DNA of 64,000 nucleotides, taken from an uncultured Ignavibacteriales bacterium. Its GTDB lineage: Bacteria; Zixibacteria; MSB-5A5; GN15; FEB-12. A program made the translations under genes and the position numbers. Under the pieces are notes generated by a model. That model did not search any database. It was not told the origin of the DNA and was given only the letters and a program-made list of their open reading frames with translations. Where the stretch lies: contig CAZJCK010000004.1 of assembly GCA_964544635.1 (NCBI GenBank), positions 1,790 through 65,789 of the forward strand. The letters are read 5' to 3'. Each line of letters opens with the position of its first letter. Position 1 is the first letter of the stretch. Positions 18,879-29,005 of this stretch are shown in pieces.

Positions 18879-19400
18879 TCAGTGACGCCTCGTATAATGA
18901 ATCTGCCAGAGGGGTTTCCACGTTGCGCCGCCATCTGCGGAGCTTTGCCAGTCCCAATCGAGCGAGTCAGCGGCAATATTGTAAAACACCATCCGCTGTT
19001 TGACCGGTTTGCCGTCACGGACGGCATCCCGGCTGAGAATCATGCTGTCGCCCACCATACCGCCCTCGAAATCGAGATATCCCCCGCTGTTGTCGACCCA
19101 GGTCTGCTTCCAGACACCGGCCGCTTTGTCGTAGACCGACAGGCTGTTGCCGACAAACGGTTTCTCGCCGAGGGTGGTGAAGTTTTCCTCGATCACGCAG
19201 CCGTTCATTTCGCCGCTGATAATATTGGTGCCACGGCCGGCGTTTTCTCCATCGCCCCAGGTCAGATCCCAGGTCCCCACCCAGAAGTCGAACTGGCGGT
19301 GTTCCGGTGAGGAGCAGGGCGGCTCCTTTGGTTCGTCTTGAGCCGACGTGCTCACAGCCACCCCCAGCACGGCAGTAAACAGCAGTGCCCGCACATACAT
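18879..19400 (-). CDS. secreted DUF1579-like (NTF2/SnoaL-like fold) protein
   Basis: Inside ORF 18879..19406. ATG 19400 (MYVRALLFTAVLGVAVSTSAQ) has AGGAAAGGA 6 nt upstream. The FDFWVGTW motif and overall size are as in DUF1579-type proteins. Confidence 0.6.
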   Translation of the reverse strand: MYVRALLFTAVLGVAVSTSAQDEPKEPPCSSPEHRQFDFWVGTWDLTWGDGENAGRGTNIISGEMNGCVIEENFTTLGEKPFVGNSLSVYDKAAGVWKQTWVDNSGGYLDFEGGMVGDSMILSRDAVRDGKPVKQRMVFYNIAADSLDWDWQSSADGGATWKPLWQIHYTRRH

Positions 19401-19507
19401 AACCAATCCTTTCCTGATAATATGGTGTCTGAACAGTCAAACGAGGCGGCCCGGCATCGGTTCAGGCAGAGCAGCCGGTGGCATGCTCCTGCAGCCAATG
19501 GTTGCGG

Positions 19508-20395
19508 TTATCGCCCCGGGCGGCCCGAATCAACCCGGTGCGCCATACCGGTCAGCTGTTCACTGAGCTGCCAGAGCTGTCGCTGCGCTTTTTGGTCGTA
19601 CGCCCGGCGCCCGCTCAGTTTCGGCTTACAATCGACGAAGTATTTGCCGGAGACCGACTGCACTTCGTCCGACGTCGCCAGGTAGACAATCGTTTTGGCG
19701 CCATCTTTGACCGAACCGGTGACCCACTCGAACAGCTTGTTGAGCCATGTCGGCAGCGCCACCAAATCCTGCAACAGGCGGGTAAAGATGACACCCGGGT
19801 GCAGCGAGTTGACTGTCACGCCCGACCCCTCCAGCCGCCGCGCCAGTTCATAACAAAACATGACATTGGCCAGCTTCGACTGGTTGTAGGCCGGCCAGCG
19901 GCCGTAGGCGTGCTCCGACTGGATGTCATCGAAATTGATCTTGCCGCGCTCATGGGCTCGCGACGCTACCACGATGATGCGGCTCGGCGCCGCCATCACC
20001 AGCCGATCGAGTAACAGGTGGGTTAGAAGAAACGGCGCCAGATGGTTGACGGCAAACTGCAGCTCGTAACCGTCGGTGCTCTCTTTTCGCTCGCTCGGTA
20101 CGATGGCGGCGTTGTTGATCAGCACGTCAAGCTGCCCGAAGCGATCCTTGTACTCCTGCGCGATCCGTCGGATATCGTCGAGCGACGCCAGGTCGCCAAT
20201 TATTAAATGCACCCGGTCATGGCCAACCGCATTCTGGATCTCGGCCTGCGCCGTGCGGCCGCGCCCTTCATCCCGGCTCACCATGACAACCGTCGCCCCC
20301 ATCCCGGCCAACTGTGCGGCCACCTCGCGGCCGATGCCGCGGTTGGCGCCGGTGATCAGGGCGGTCTTGCTATTCATCGACTGATGCTGTGCCAT
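19508..20395 (-). CDS. short-chain dehydrogenase/reductase (classical SDR)
   Basis: Inside ORF 19508..20503. The start is placed at ATG 20395 (MAQHQSMNSKTALITGANRGIGREV). Carries the TGxxxGIG cofactor motif, NNAA and YNQSK (YxxxK). Confidence 0.85.
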   Translation of the reverse strand: MAQHQSMNSKTALITGANRGIGREVAAQLAGMGATVVMVSRDEGRGRTAQAEIQNAVGHDRVHLIIGDLASLDDIRRIAQEYKDRFGQLDVLINNAAIVPSERKESTDGYELQFAVNHLAPFLLTHLLLDRLVMAAPSRIIVVASRAHERGKINFDDIQSEHAYGRWPAYNQSKLANVMFCYELARRLEGSGVTVNSLHPGVIFTRLLQDLVALPTWLNKLFEWVTGSVKDGAKTIVYLATSDEVQSVSGKYFVDCKPKLSGRRAYDQKAQRQLWQLSEQLTGMAHRVDSGRPGR

Positions 20396-20435
20396 GTCTG
20401 TCTGCAACGGCAACCGCTCGAGCCCGGTTCCAGAG

Positions 20436-21230
20436 CTATTTACCGGCAGCCAGTGCCGCCATAATCCGGTCCGGGTAGTCGCTGATGATGAGGTTGACAC
20501 CACGTTTCGCCAGGCGTCGAGCGTGGTACCTCCGGTTGACTGTCCAGACTGCGATGGGAATGCCCAGGCGGTGCAGTCGGTGCCAGAAGCCGAGCCGCAT
20601 CAATTGCCAGTGCGGCGCAATAAAGTCGGCACCGCAACGTCGAAGACGGCGGATCGGCAGGTATTCGCGGCGATCCCGCCGGGCCAGCGTGAAAAGGTTG
20701 TGCCCGATCAGCAGCCCTACCATACTGCCGGTGGCATACCCTTTCAGCGCGCTGACACTGGAATCGTGAAACGAGGTGTATACGACGTTCCCAGGCTCGT
20801 ACCGTTGCGCCACCTCGCTTACCACTTTCGCCTCGTAGCCGACCTCTTTCAGCTCGACATCGAGTGCAATGCGGCCGGCACACCACCCGACCGTCTCGGC
20901 CAGCGTGGGCACCTCATACCCCCGCCTTCGCGCCGACTGCCGGATGTCGCTTGCAGTCATGTCGCGGATAAACTGCTCATGGCCGCGCAGCCGGGCATCG
21001 TGATGCACCAGCAGGACACCGTCGCGACTGCGCCGGACATCGATCTCGATACCGCCGGCGCCCATCTCGATAGCCAGTTCGAACGCCTCGATGGTATTTT
21101 CGTAGCGATGTCCCGACGCACCGCGGTGGGCGATGACAATCGGCTTCGATCGTGACTCCAGTTGCGTGAAATCGACCATATCAAAGGTGTCCCTGCTCTG
21201 AATCGACCGTGCACGCAGTGTCGACTGCAT
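20436..21230 (-). CDS. glycerophosphodiester phosphodiesterase (GDPD family)
   Basis: 264-aa ORF with ...VIAHRGASGHRYENTIEAFELAIEMGAGGIEIDVRRSRDGVLLVHHD... The start is uncertain (ATG 21230 or ATG 21179). Confidence 0.8.
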   Translation of the reverse strand: MQSTLRARSIQSRDTFDMVDFTQLESRSKPIVIAHRGASGHRYENTIEAFELAIEMGAGGIEIDVRRSRDGVLLVHHDARLRGHEQFIRDMTASDIRQSARRRGYEVPTLAETVGWCAGRIALDVELKEVGYEAKVVSEVAQRYEPGNVVYTSFHDSSVSALKGYATGSMVGLLIGHNLFTLARRDRREYLPIRRLRRCGADFIAPHWQLMRLGFWHRLHRLGIPIAVWTVNRRYHARRLAKRGVNLIISDYPDRIMAALAAGK

Positions 21231-21239
21231 CGATGGCGG

Positions 21240-22619
21240 CTACTTCGATGGCGCCACCAGTTCATCCATGAAGTCGCGCGCCTTTTTCCCCTCGCAGTTG
21301 TAAATCATATGGCGCAGCTCGTTGAGCTGATCTCCGTCGAACAAATCTTCAGCGAGCGCATTGAACTTGACCTCGAGATCCTCTTCAGTCATCGGTTCGC
21401 GCGGATCACCTTTCGGATACTCGAGATACTCTTCATAGCTGCTGCCGTCCTTTGTGCGCACACGCACCCGCGACGGCTGCTTGGCCGGGAACATCGCCTC
21501 GAACTCCTTGGAGGCCTCGCCCTTGATCTTGTCGATCACCGCCCAGATACGCTCATCCTTCAGTTTTTCGTCCGAGAACGACTGGGTGGTCACCTGGTGA
21601 TCAACCAGTGCCGCGGCGATGCAATACGGCAGCGAGTGGTCGGCCGTTTCGCGCGACTCCGGACGGTACTTGTGCGGATCAAAGAGAATGTCACAGGCAC
21701 GAGCGATGGTGGTAATTGTGACTTCCTCGATATCTTCGGACGGTATGTTGTTTTCGGTCACAACTTTGAGGGTGGCGGTGAGGTGGGTATGGGTGAGCGC
21801 TTCAGTCGGAAACGCTTTCATGCTGCACTCGAGAATCTTGAACGAATCACCGAGGCCGCCCACCAGCTTGTCTTCATCCCAGCCCTCGCCGAAACAATCC
21901 ATGAAGCCTTCCTTGCCCTCAAAGACCGCCTCGGTGCCGGAATAGCCCTTCTTCGCCATCAGGGCGGCGAGCACGCCCGACTGCACCGCCATCGGATCGA
22001 CGGTGTTCTTCATCATGGTCAGCTTGCCGGCGGTAGGACAACCGATCGTATGGTTATGGCAGCCCGAAATGCCGATGGCGTTGACCATCTCTTTCACACT
22101 CAGGTTGAGCAGCTTACCGGCCACGATCGGCGAGACGAACTGCGTCAGGGTAGCATGGTGCCACTTACGTTCGCGGACACCCGGCGTGGCAAACTCGCAC
22201 AACCGCTGCTCGAATTCATACGCCAGCACGATCGCTACGATGACATCCTTCATAGACGCACCGACCAGCTCGCCGACTGCCAGCGCGGCCGGGATGAGGT
22301 CGGAGGGGTGCGACGGATCCTCTTTCCAGTAAATGTCGTTGTAATCGAGCGCTCGTACCATCAGCGAATTGACCAGCGTTGCATTGACTGCCGGAATCTT
22401 TTCGCCGAAGCCGATGACAGTCGCCTCCTCCTTGCCCGCCATTTCCTTGTAGATGTCGCGCAGCATATTGACATCCCTGGTATGATAGCCGCCATAGGCG
22501 CAGCCGATCGAATCGTACAGGTAGCGCTTGACCTCGTGGATGACATTCTTCGGCAGATCATCGTAGCTCAGGTGGTGAGCAAACTCGGCCATCTTGTGTG
22601 ACAATGTTTTCTCGGACAT
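21240..22619 (-). CDS. MmgE/PrpD-family protein (2-methylcitrate dehydratase-like)
   Basis: 459-aa ORF. The N-terminus ...LAEFAHHLSYDDLPKNVIHEVKRYLYDSIGCAYGG... and the length are typical of PrpD-family proteins. Confidence 0.88.
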   Translation of the reverse strand: MSEKTLSHKMAEFAHHLSYDDLPKNVIHEVKRYLYDSIGCAYGGYHTRDVNMLRDIYKEMAGKEEATVIGFGEKIPAVNATLVNSLMVRALDYNDIYWKEDPSHPSDLIPAALAVGELVGASMKDVIVAIVLAYEFEQRLCEFATPGVRERKWHHATLTQFVSPIVAGKLLNLSVKEMVNAIGISGCHNHTIGCPTAGKLTMMKNTVDPMAVQSGVLAALMAKKGYSGTEAVFEGKEGFMDCFGEGWDEDKLVGGLGDSFKILECSMKAFPTEALTHTHLTATLKVVTENNIPSEDIEEVTITTIARACDILFDPHKYRPESRETADHSLPYCIAAALVDHQVTTQSFSDEKLKDERIWAVIDKIKGEASKEFEAMFPAKQPSRVRVRTKDGSSYEEYLEYPKGDPREPMTEEDLEVKFNALAEDLFDGDQLNELRHMIYNCEGKKARDFMDELVAPSK

Positions 22620-22640
22620 GGTTGTGCAATCCTCTTATCG

Positions 22641-23438
22641 TTATTGTTCTAAGCTGCTTTGTAAGTGTCGCGCCGCCTCGAGCGCCAGCGCGAACAGGTT
22701 CTCGCGCACGTCGGCGCGGCTGACCCACGACCGGTTGTCCCACACCTCGCCGGAGACATCGTCGCCGCCATAGAGCATCTGGCCGATTTCGAGTCCGCGG
22801 AACTGCGCGACGGCGAACATCGCCGATGCCTCCATGTCGACCGTGATACACCCGTCCTCCCGGCGCTTCGCTACTTTCGACGGTGTTTCGCGGAAGATAC
22901 CGTCGGTCGTCCAGGTCTTACCGGTCAGGTACGGTACCTTGTAGTTGTCGAGTGTCGACTTCAATACCTCGACGACTCGCGGCGACGGCGCTACTTCACG
23001 TTCGGCCGGGAGATAGTGATACGACGTCCCTTCATCACGCACCGCCGAGGTCGGCAATACGATGTGGCCGACCGCAATGTCTTTCCTGAGCACGCCGGCA
23101 CCGCCGATGGCGATAAACGTCTTGCAACCAAGCGCCCCGATCGATTCGACCATACCGGCGGCGTGAGGTGCGCCGACACCGGGATGCGCGTATGCGACGC
23201 ACAGGCCGTCGGTCTCGAGTTCACGAACCGGGTGCGGCCCGCACTCGCAGGCGAATTCTTTTACGACGCGTGTCTTGTAATCGTGGGTAACCGCCTGGAT
23301 GACATCGCTAAAGAAGCACAGGATACAAACCTCGGCGATATCGACCGGTTGGTAGAACCTGTACGGATCGATGAGCGCCTCGCGCGAATCATCGAACTCG
23401 AGTATGGGGTAGTGGTGGTCGTTCACGACTCCCTGCAC
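22641..23438 (-). CDS. nucleoside phosphorylase-family protein (PNP/UDP_1 superfamily)
   Basis: 265-aa ORF (GTG start) with ...GVGAPHAAGMVESIGALGCKTFIAIGGAGVL... and ...VDMEASAMFAVAQFRG..., as in uridine/purine nucleoside phosphorylases. Confidence 0.75.
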   Translation of the reverse strand: MQGVVNDHHYPILEFDDSREALIDPYRFYQPVDIAEVCILCFFSDVIQAVTHDYKTRVVKEFACECGPHPVRELETDGLCVAYAHPGVGAPHAAGMVESIGALGCKTFIAIGGAGVLRKDIAVGHIVLPTSAVRDEGTSYHYLPAEREVAPSPRVVEVLKSTLDNYKVPYLTGKTWTTDGIFRETPSKVAKRREDGCITVDMEASAMFAVAQFRGLEIGQMLYGGDDVSGEVWDNRSWVSRADVRENLFALALEAARHLQSSLEQ

Positions 23439-23441
23439 CCC

Positions 23442-25412
23442 CTACAACCGTTCCCCGACCCAGGCCTCGAGACCACCCGCAACGACCAGCTCCTGCGCCG
23501 GCACACCGACCGGAGCAATGTTGTACGATTGACCGTCGACCGTCACCTTCGACTTCACAAAATCGACCGCCGCTTCCAAACCGGTGCGAACAGTCAGCTT
23601 GTCGCTACCGAACTTTTCTTTCAGCATCTTCACCAGGCCGGGCGCCTCTATCACGAGGTAACCGTTGTTGATGGCGTTGCGCTTGTACGTTTGCGAGAAC
23701 GAACCGCCCAGCACCAGTTGGATGCCCCGATACTTCAGCGCCGTGGCCGCCTGCTCGCGCGACGATCCGGTACCGAAGTTGAAACCGCCGACGAGGATAT
23801 TTCCCTCCTCGACAATCCTGCCAAATTCCGGGTCGTAATTTTCCATCACGACTCTGGCCTGCTCGTCGGCGGTCATGTCATCCTTATAAGTGTACTTGCC
23901 GGGATAGATACCGTCGGTGTTGAGGTTATCCTGGTGGCACCAGACCAGCACGCCGGTCAGTTCTTTCGGAAAACCGTCGACAATGCGCACGGTGCGCTCA
24001 CCGGTATCGTCGGTTTCATTATCTTTGCATGTTCCTTTAATGGGAAGGTCGTCGATATCATCGGGCAGGTCGATGTAGCCCGACACCGCCGAGGCCGCCA
24101 CCACCGCCGGTGACCCCAGATACGCTTCGGCGCTGCGCGATCCCATCCGTCCCTTGAAGTTGCGATTGGTGGCGCTGATCCCCACCTCGCCATCCTCGAG
24201 CAAACCTTTGCCCATACCGATGCACGGTCCGCAGCCGGCTGGGAGTACTTCGGCGCCTGCCTCGACGAGCGCCTGCCAGTCGCCGCGCTTCTCGCTTTCG
24301 GCCTGTACTTCGCTCGAGGCGGCTGCAATGTAGAAGCCGACACCCGGCGCGACCTGCTTCCCCCTGATAACCTGCGCCGCCTCGGCAATATCCTCAAGGC
24401 GCGAATTGACACAACTGACGAGATACGCCTTCTGGATCTTCTTCTTCTCCTTGCGCATCTTTGCTACCGACGTCATCACCTTCACGTGGTTCGGCCCGCT
24501 GACATACGGGCTGACCGTCGACAAATCAAGCGTCAACTCCTTGTCATACGTCGCATCGCCGTCGGCCGTCGGCAGGTTGCTGCGCAGTGCTTCCAGTCGC
24601 CGGCGGTTCATCCGCGGGTGACCGCCGGCAGCATCCTCATCCGACGGCACTCCCTGTTTACCGCGTTTCTCTACGTAGGCAACTCTAGCACTCAACCACT
24701 CGAGCGTGATATCGTCGATCGGGAACAGCCCGACCAGCGCTCCCCACTCGGTGGTCATGTTGGCAATCGTCAGGCGATCGTTGAGTGAGAGATTGGTGAC
24801 ACCATCGCCGACAAACTCAACCGCGTGGTTCAGTACTTCGTCGTTGTTAAAGAAACCACACAGCGTGACGATGACATCCTTCCCGGTCACCCCCTTGCGC
24901 AGCCTGCCGGTCAGCGTGCAGCGCGCCACCGGCGGCAGTTGCCACCAGGTGCGGCCGGTCGCCCAGATGGCGGCAGCATCAGTGCGTACGATCGGGGTGC
25001 CGAGACAACCGATACCACCGTACATGTTGGAGTGGGAATCCGAGGCCACGACCATCGTGCCGGGCCAGGCATACCCTTCCTCGACCATGATCTGGTGACC
25101 GATCCCGCGCCCGGCCGGATAAAAATCGATACCGTGCTGGCTGGCGAAATTTTCGATCTTCTTGTACTTGGCCAGGTTTGCTTCCGACATATCCTGTACA
25201 TTGTGATCAAGCGTAAATACTACCTGGCGCTTGTTGTGCACCTTCGTTGCCCCAATCGAATGAAACTTGGGAATGACCGCACCGGTGTTGTCGTGAGTCA
25301 TCACGTGCTGCGGTTGTATCGACAAGAAATCGCCCGCCCGCACTACCTGGCCGTCGTCCAGACCGACCGCATACTGCTGGGCAATCTTCTCAACTAAGTT
25401 CTGACCTGCCAT
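23442..25412 (-). CDS. aconitase-family hydro-lyase with fused large and small (swivel) domains (homoaconitase / isopropylmalate-isomerase type)
   Basis: 656-aa ORF with ...HVMTHDNTG..., ...[11 protein letters not shown]..., Fe-S ligand contexts ...VSCVNSR... and ...GCGPCIGMG..., and a C-terminal LeuD-like domain ...[14 protein letters not shown]... Confidence 0.85.
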   Translation of the reverse strand: MAGQNLVEKIAQQYAVGLDDGQVVRAGDFLSIQPQHVMTHDNTGAVIPKFHSIGATKVHNKRQVVFTLDHNVQDMSEANLAKYKKIENFASQHGIDFYPAGRGIGHQIMVEEGYAWPGTMVVASDSHSNMYGGIGCLGTPIVRTDAAAIWATGRTWWQLPPVARCTLTGRLRKGVTGKDVIVTLCGFFNNDEVLNHAVEFVGDGVTNLSLNDRLTIANMTTEWGALVGLFPIDDITLEWLSARVAYVEKRGKQGVPSDEDAAGGHPRMNRRRLEALRSNLPTADGDATYDKELTLDLSTVSPYVSGPNHVKVMTSVAKMRKEKKKIQKAYLVSCVNSRLEDIAEAAQVIRGKQVAPGVGFYIAAASSEVQAESEKRGDWQALVEAGAEVLPAGCGPCIGMGKGLLEDGEVGISATNRNFKGRMGSRSAEAYLGSPAVVAASAVSGYIDLPDDIDDLPIKGTCKDNETDDTGERTVRIVDGFPKELTGVLVWCHQDNLNTDGIYPGKYTYKDDMTADEQARVVMENYDPEFGRIVEEGNILVGGFNFGTGSSREQAATALKYRGIQLVLGGSFSQTYKRNAINNGYLVIEAPGLVKMLKEKFGSDKLTVRTGLEAAVDFVKSKVTVDGQSYNIAPVGVPAQELVVAGGLEAWVGERL

Positions 25413-25437
25413 ACCGTGTATACCTGCCTTGTCTGTC

Positions 25438-25971
25438 CTACTTTACGAGATCGAAGTCGATGAAGTCACAATGATGGAAAATGATCGATTCCGCGAGTAA
25501 CTTCTCACCATGGCCTTCTTTGGAATGCGTCGCGATAACGTGCATGACTTCCGAGGGAACGTCGTGCTTGAACGCCAGCCCGACGCCGGAGAAGGGGTGA
25601 CGGATATGTTTGCCGTAGTCCGACTTCTTCGGCTGACCGTCGACAATCTCAAACTCCATCAGCTTACCGACATCGGCCAAAAGCGCCCCGGAGATCAGGT
25701 AGTCGCGGTTGACCCTGGTCTTTCGATCGCCGTGGACCTCGTCGAGTACTTCGTCGCAGGCGATACACATGCGGCAGACCGCCCGCACATGATCGATAAA
25801 CGTAATCTTCACGTTCTCCGCCAACAGGGTGAAGGGAATGTTGCGCAACAGTTCCTCGGTCCAGCCGCGAAATTTGATGGCGTCGACCCAGCAGGCGATG
25901 GTTTTCTCTTTAAGTTGTTGGTCTTTAATAAGTTCAACTTCCGGCAGCAACCGCACGACAGTGTCCTTCAT
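25438..25971 (-). CDS. HD-domain metal-dependent phosphohydrolase-like protein
   Basis: Inside ORF 25438..25986. I prefer ATG 25971 because GAGGAG lies 5 nt upstream. Contains ...IDHVRAV... and ...[20 protein letters not shown]... His/Asp-rich motifs. Confidence 0.7.
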   Translation of the reverse strand: MKDTVVRLLPEVELIKDQQLKEKTIACWVDAIKFRGWTEELLRNIPFTLLAENVKITFIDHVRAVCRMCIACDEVLDEVHGDRKTRVNRDYLISGALLADVGKLMEFEIVDGQPKKSDYGKHIRHPFSGVGLAFKHDVPSEVMHVIATHSKEGHGEKLLAESIIFHHCDFIDFDLVK

Positions 25972-26066
25972 ATACTCCTCACACATCTGAAACTATGTTG
26001 TTTATTCCTGTCGAAAACTACAATGCGGCCGTGTGCCGGTCAATCGGTTTCGGCGCAAACAGACAA

Positions 26067-26090
26067 AGCCGGCCCCGCTCGGGACCGGCT
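26067..26090. terminator. possible terminator hairpin downstream of the NfeD-SPFH pair
   Basis: AGCCGGCCCC-gctc-GGGACCGGCT (one mismatch), flanked by ACAAA on one side and TTTT on the other. On the minus strand the T-run is interrupted (TTTGTCTGTTT). Confidence 0.35.
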
Positions 26091-26116
26091 TTTGATAGAA
26101 TTCTGCGGTCAAACTC

Positions 26117-27076
26117 TCAGCTCACGGCCGGCGATTCCTTCTGCTCCGGTCGTTTTGACGTTTCCGGGCCGCCGTTCGATTTGATTCCCTCGATCATCGC
26201 CGCCAGCGACGAGATGATGCCGCTCGCTTCGTACGGCAGGAAGATCTTGTTGGCGGCGTTGTCGGCCAGCTTCGGCAGCATTTCGAGGTACTTCAACGTG
26301 ATCAGCTTGTCGTCGGGGTTACCGTCATGGATCGCCCGGAAGACCGCCGCAATCGCCTGCGCCTCACCGTCGGCAACCGCAATCTGGCGATACCGCTCGG
26401 CGTCGGCCTTCTTCTTCACCGCTTCGGCATACCCCTCGGCATCGAGGATTTGCGCCTGCCGGGCGCCCTCGGCGATGGCAATGGCCGACTGCCGACTGGC
26501 CTCGGCGTCAAGAATCGTCGCACGCTTGTCGCGTTCGGCTTTCATCTGGCGGCTCATCGCCTCGGTAATATCGATGGGCGGGTCGATCCGCTGCAGCTCG
26601 ACCCGGTTGATCTTCACGCCCCACTTGTCAGTAGCTTCGTCGAGCACGTCGCGCAACTGGCCGTTGATCTGGTCGCGCGACGATAGCGAGGCGTCGAGGT
26701 CCAGCTCGCCCACCACGTTACGCAGGTTGGTCTGCGCCAGCTTGGTGGCAGCCAGGATATAGTTGGAAATCTCGTAGTAGGCACGGATCGGGTCGGTCAC
26801 CTGGGCAAACACCACGGCGTCGACCTCAACCCCGACGTTGTCCTTGGTAATGACCAGCTGAGGCGGTACGTCGAGCACCACCTCGCGCATGTCCATTTTG
26901 ACCATCGTATCAAAGAACGGGACGATGACATTCAGGCCCGGATCGAGTATGCGGTTGAACTTGCCGAGACGTTCGACCAGGCCGCGTTCGTACGGACGTA
27001 CCAGCTTGAACGACATCGGCGTGAATGCCGCGGTCAGCGCGATCAGCGCTATTAGAACTATGTAGACTGTATCCAT
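26117..27076 (-). CDS. SPFH/Band-7 (stomatin/slipin-like) membrane protein
   Basis: 319-aa ORF with an N-terminal TM followed by ...VRPYERGLVERLGKFNRILDPGLNVIVPFFD..., and a coiled-coil Ala/Glu-rich C-terminal half. Confidence 0.9.
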   Translation of the reverse strand: MDTVYIVLIALIALTAAFTPMSFKLVRPYERGLVERLGKFNRILDPGLNVIVPFFDTMVKMDMREVVLDVPPQLVITKDNVGVEVDAVVFAQVTDPIRAYYEISNYILAATKLAQTNLRNVVGELDLDASLSSRDQINGQLRDVLDEATDKWGVKINRVELQRIDPPIDITEAMSRQMKAERDKRATILDAEASRQSAIAIAEGARQAQILDAEGYAEAVKKKADAERYRQIAVADGEAQAIAAVFRAIHDGNPDDKLITLKYLEMLPKLADNAANKIFLPYEASGIISSLAAMIEGIKSNGGPETSKRPEQKESPAVS

Positions 27077-27083
27077 GGTATCC

Positions 27084-27518
27084 TCACTCGCTGGTTCGCT
27101 TTGTTACCCGCACCCTGGTGCCGGTAACTTCCAATATGGTTACTCTCTCGTTCATGGCGATATCTTCGTCAGCGATGGCGTTCCAGACCTCACTGCTCAC
27201 CCGCACCTGGCCGTGGTCGGTGGTCGTAATCGGCTTGACCACGATTCCGACACTGCCGATCAGACGGTCGATATTGGTCGGCTTGCCGCCTTTCGGGCTC
27301 ATGCGATCGGCGAACCGACGGGTGACCGGTATGAGGGCGATCGTCGCCAGCGCGAACGAAGCGAGTTGCCAGTAATACGCCTCCGGCCAGAACCAGGCAA
27401 CCACGCCGCCGGCCACTGCGCCAACCGAGAAGCAGATGAAAAAGAACGCCGGGGTGGCCAGTTCCAGTATCAAAAACAGCACCACCGCCGCCAGCCAGAG
27501 CCAGACTATTCCAGGCAC
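27084..27518 (-). CDS. NfeD-family membrane protein
   Basis: Inside ORF 27084..27557. I prefer GTG 27518 because GAGGG lies 7 nt upstream. It has three TM helices and a C-terminal OB-fold-like ...GSVGIVVKPITTTDHGQVRVSSEVWNAIAD.... It lies 7 nt upstream of the SPFH gene, the classical NfeD-stomatin pairing. Confidence 0.8.
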   Translation of the reverse strand: MPGIVWLWLAAVVLFLILELATPAFFFICFSVGAVAGGVVAWFWPEAYYWQLASFALATIALIPVTRRFADRMSPKGGKPTNIDRLIGSVGIVVKPITTTDHGQVRVSSEVWNAIADEDIAMNERVTILEVTGTRVRVTKRTSE

Positions 27519-27669
27519 ACCTACGCCCTCATCGTTTCGGTTTTCAGGTCGTTGCACCGATCGGCAGGGAATTCTATATTGGATACCGCCGAGCGGCCGG
27601 ATTATTCGATGTTCCCTTCAGGGTGCGCCGAAAAGCGCCGCCAAGTCAACTTTTAACAGGAGACGCCGC

Positions 27670-28458
27670 ATGACCGATACCAACCGCGATCGCACCCCCT
27701 ACCAGCGCTTTGCCACCGTCTACGACCAGATGGGGGCCGACCGCTTCTCGATCGATATGGTCGAATACTGTTCGCGGATCTTCAAGACATTCAACATTCG
27801 GCCGTGCGACGCCCTCGATATGTGCTGCGGCACCGGCTCGGCCATCGAACGGCTGCTCGAGTGCGGTTTCAGTATGTCGGGGCTGGACGGTTCCGCCGAG
27901 ATGCTGGCGATGGCGGCCAAAAAACTGCAGAAAAAAAAGGTGCACCTCTACCACAAGCAGTTGCCGAAATTCCGGCTGCTCGATTCCGATGATTCAGGAA
28001 TTACCCGCTCGTTCGGCCTGATTACCTGCTTTTACGACTCGCTCAATTACCTGCGTAACCTGACCGAACTAAAAACGGCGTTCAAGTCGGTCCATCAGCA
28101 CCTCGAACCGGGCGGCTGGTTCATCTTCGATATGAATACACCGGTGGCGCTCGAGACGATCTGGGATGGTCAGGTGTGGGGCGGCACGACCGACGATCTG
28201 GCGTGGGTATGGAAGAACGAGTATTTCGCGAAGGCCAAATCGGCGATCTGTCATACGACATTCTTCGTGCGCGAGGGTGAGGTGTGGCGGCGCTTCGATG
28301 AAGATCATTTCGAGAAAGCGTACGACAACCGTACGTTGCGCCAGGCGGTGAAAGACTGCGGCTTCCGGGTGAAGGGGTTCTTTGATTGTTTCACCTTTGA
28401 CCGCGCCACGAAGAACTCCGATCGAGTGTGTGTGGTAGCGCGCAAACCGTCGCGGTGA
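27670..28458 (+). CDS. class-I SAM-dependent methyltransferase
   Basis: Inside ORF 27436..28458. The start is placed at ATG 27670 (MTDTNRDRTPYQRFATVYD) with AGGAG 8 nt upstream. Motif I is ...ALDMCCGTGSAIERL.... Confidence 0.8.
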   Translation: MTDTNRDRTPYQRFATVYDQMGADRFSIDMVEYCSRIFKTFNIRPCDALDMCCGTGSAIERLLECGFSMSGLDGSAEMLAMAAKKLQKKKVHLYHKQLPKFRLLDSDDSGITRSFGLITCFYDSLNYLRNLTELKTAFKSVHQHLEPGGWFIFDMNTPVALETIWDGQVWGGTTDDLAWVWKNEYFAKAKSAICHTTFFVREGEVWRRFDEDHFEKAYDNRTLRQAVKDCGFRVKGFFDCFTFDRATKNSDRVCVVARKPSR

Positions 28459-28522
28459 CAAGCCGCAGGGCAGGGCCGGAGTCTTCGACCGACCTGCCGT
28501 GTCACCAGATCATCATCCACAC

Positions 28523-28555
28523 AAAAAAACCCGGAAGTCCTGCGGACATTCCGGG
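28523..28555 (-). terminator. rho-independent terminator of the OsmC-to-FmdB operon
   Basis: The minus strand reads CCCGGAATGTCC-gca-GGACTTCCGGG (one bulged A) followed by TTTTTTT. It lies 45 nt downstream of the stop at 28600. Confidence 0.55.
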
Positions 28556-28599
28556 CTACAAAGATTGTCATCCGCGCACGGCGGAGTGAGTCATATGCC

Positions 28600-28809
28600 T
28601 CAACCAAACCCTGAGCCGCAGCCGCCACCTCCGCACGACGGCGCGCTGCCGCTGCTTTGCGACGATGATGACGAGGCAGCGAAGGTCGACAGCAACTTCT
28701 CCACTTCGTCCGACTTACACCTCGGACAGGCGACGACTGCAATTGACGACGACACCAGCTCTTCGAACCTGGCGCCGCAAGTGCTGCATTTGTATTCAAA
28801 GATCGGCAT
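28600..28809 (-). CDS. FmdB-family zinc-ribbon protein (CxxC...CxxC)
   Basis: Inside ORF 28600..28842. The start MPIFEYKCSTCGARFEELV...ACPRCKSDEVEKLLS is the hallmark N-terminus of this family, and the tail is Ser/Gly/Cys-rich. Confidence 0.8.
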   Translation of the reverse strand: MPIFEYKCSTCGARFEELVSSSIAVVACPRCKSDEVEKLLSTFAASSSSSQSSGSAPSCGGGGCGSGFG

Positions 28810-28813
28810 AGGT

Positions 28814-29005
28814 CTATCCGTTCTCGCTTTTTCGCTTTTCATCGAGCGCCATCACGCCGCCGAACATGGCGCCGAAGCCGCCGGCCAGCCACTGGTTGCA
28901 CATGATAGAGCAACTGCTCCCAAAGTGACTCGTCACCAGCGAGATGCCGACGCCGATGACAGCGCCGGCGACGGCAAACAGTCCAAACCTGGTCAGCTTG
29001 TTCAT
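28814..29005 (-). CDS. small two-TM membrane protein with a CxxxC motif
   Basis: 63-aa ORF (MNKLTRFGLFAVAGAVIGVGISLV...SSCSIMCNQWLAGGFGAMFGGVMAL). The ATG overlaps the DUF302 stop (ATGA). It resembles small Cys-containing membrane proteins of the DUF6132 type, from memory only. Confidence 0.5.
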   Translation of the reverse strand: MNKLTRFGLFAVAGAVIGVGISLVTSHFGSSCSIMCNQWLAGGFGAMFGGVMALDEKRKSENG

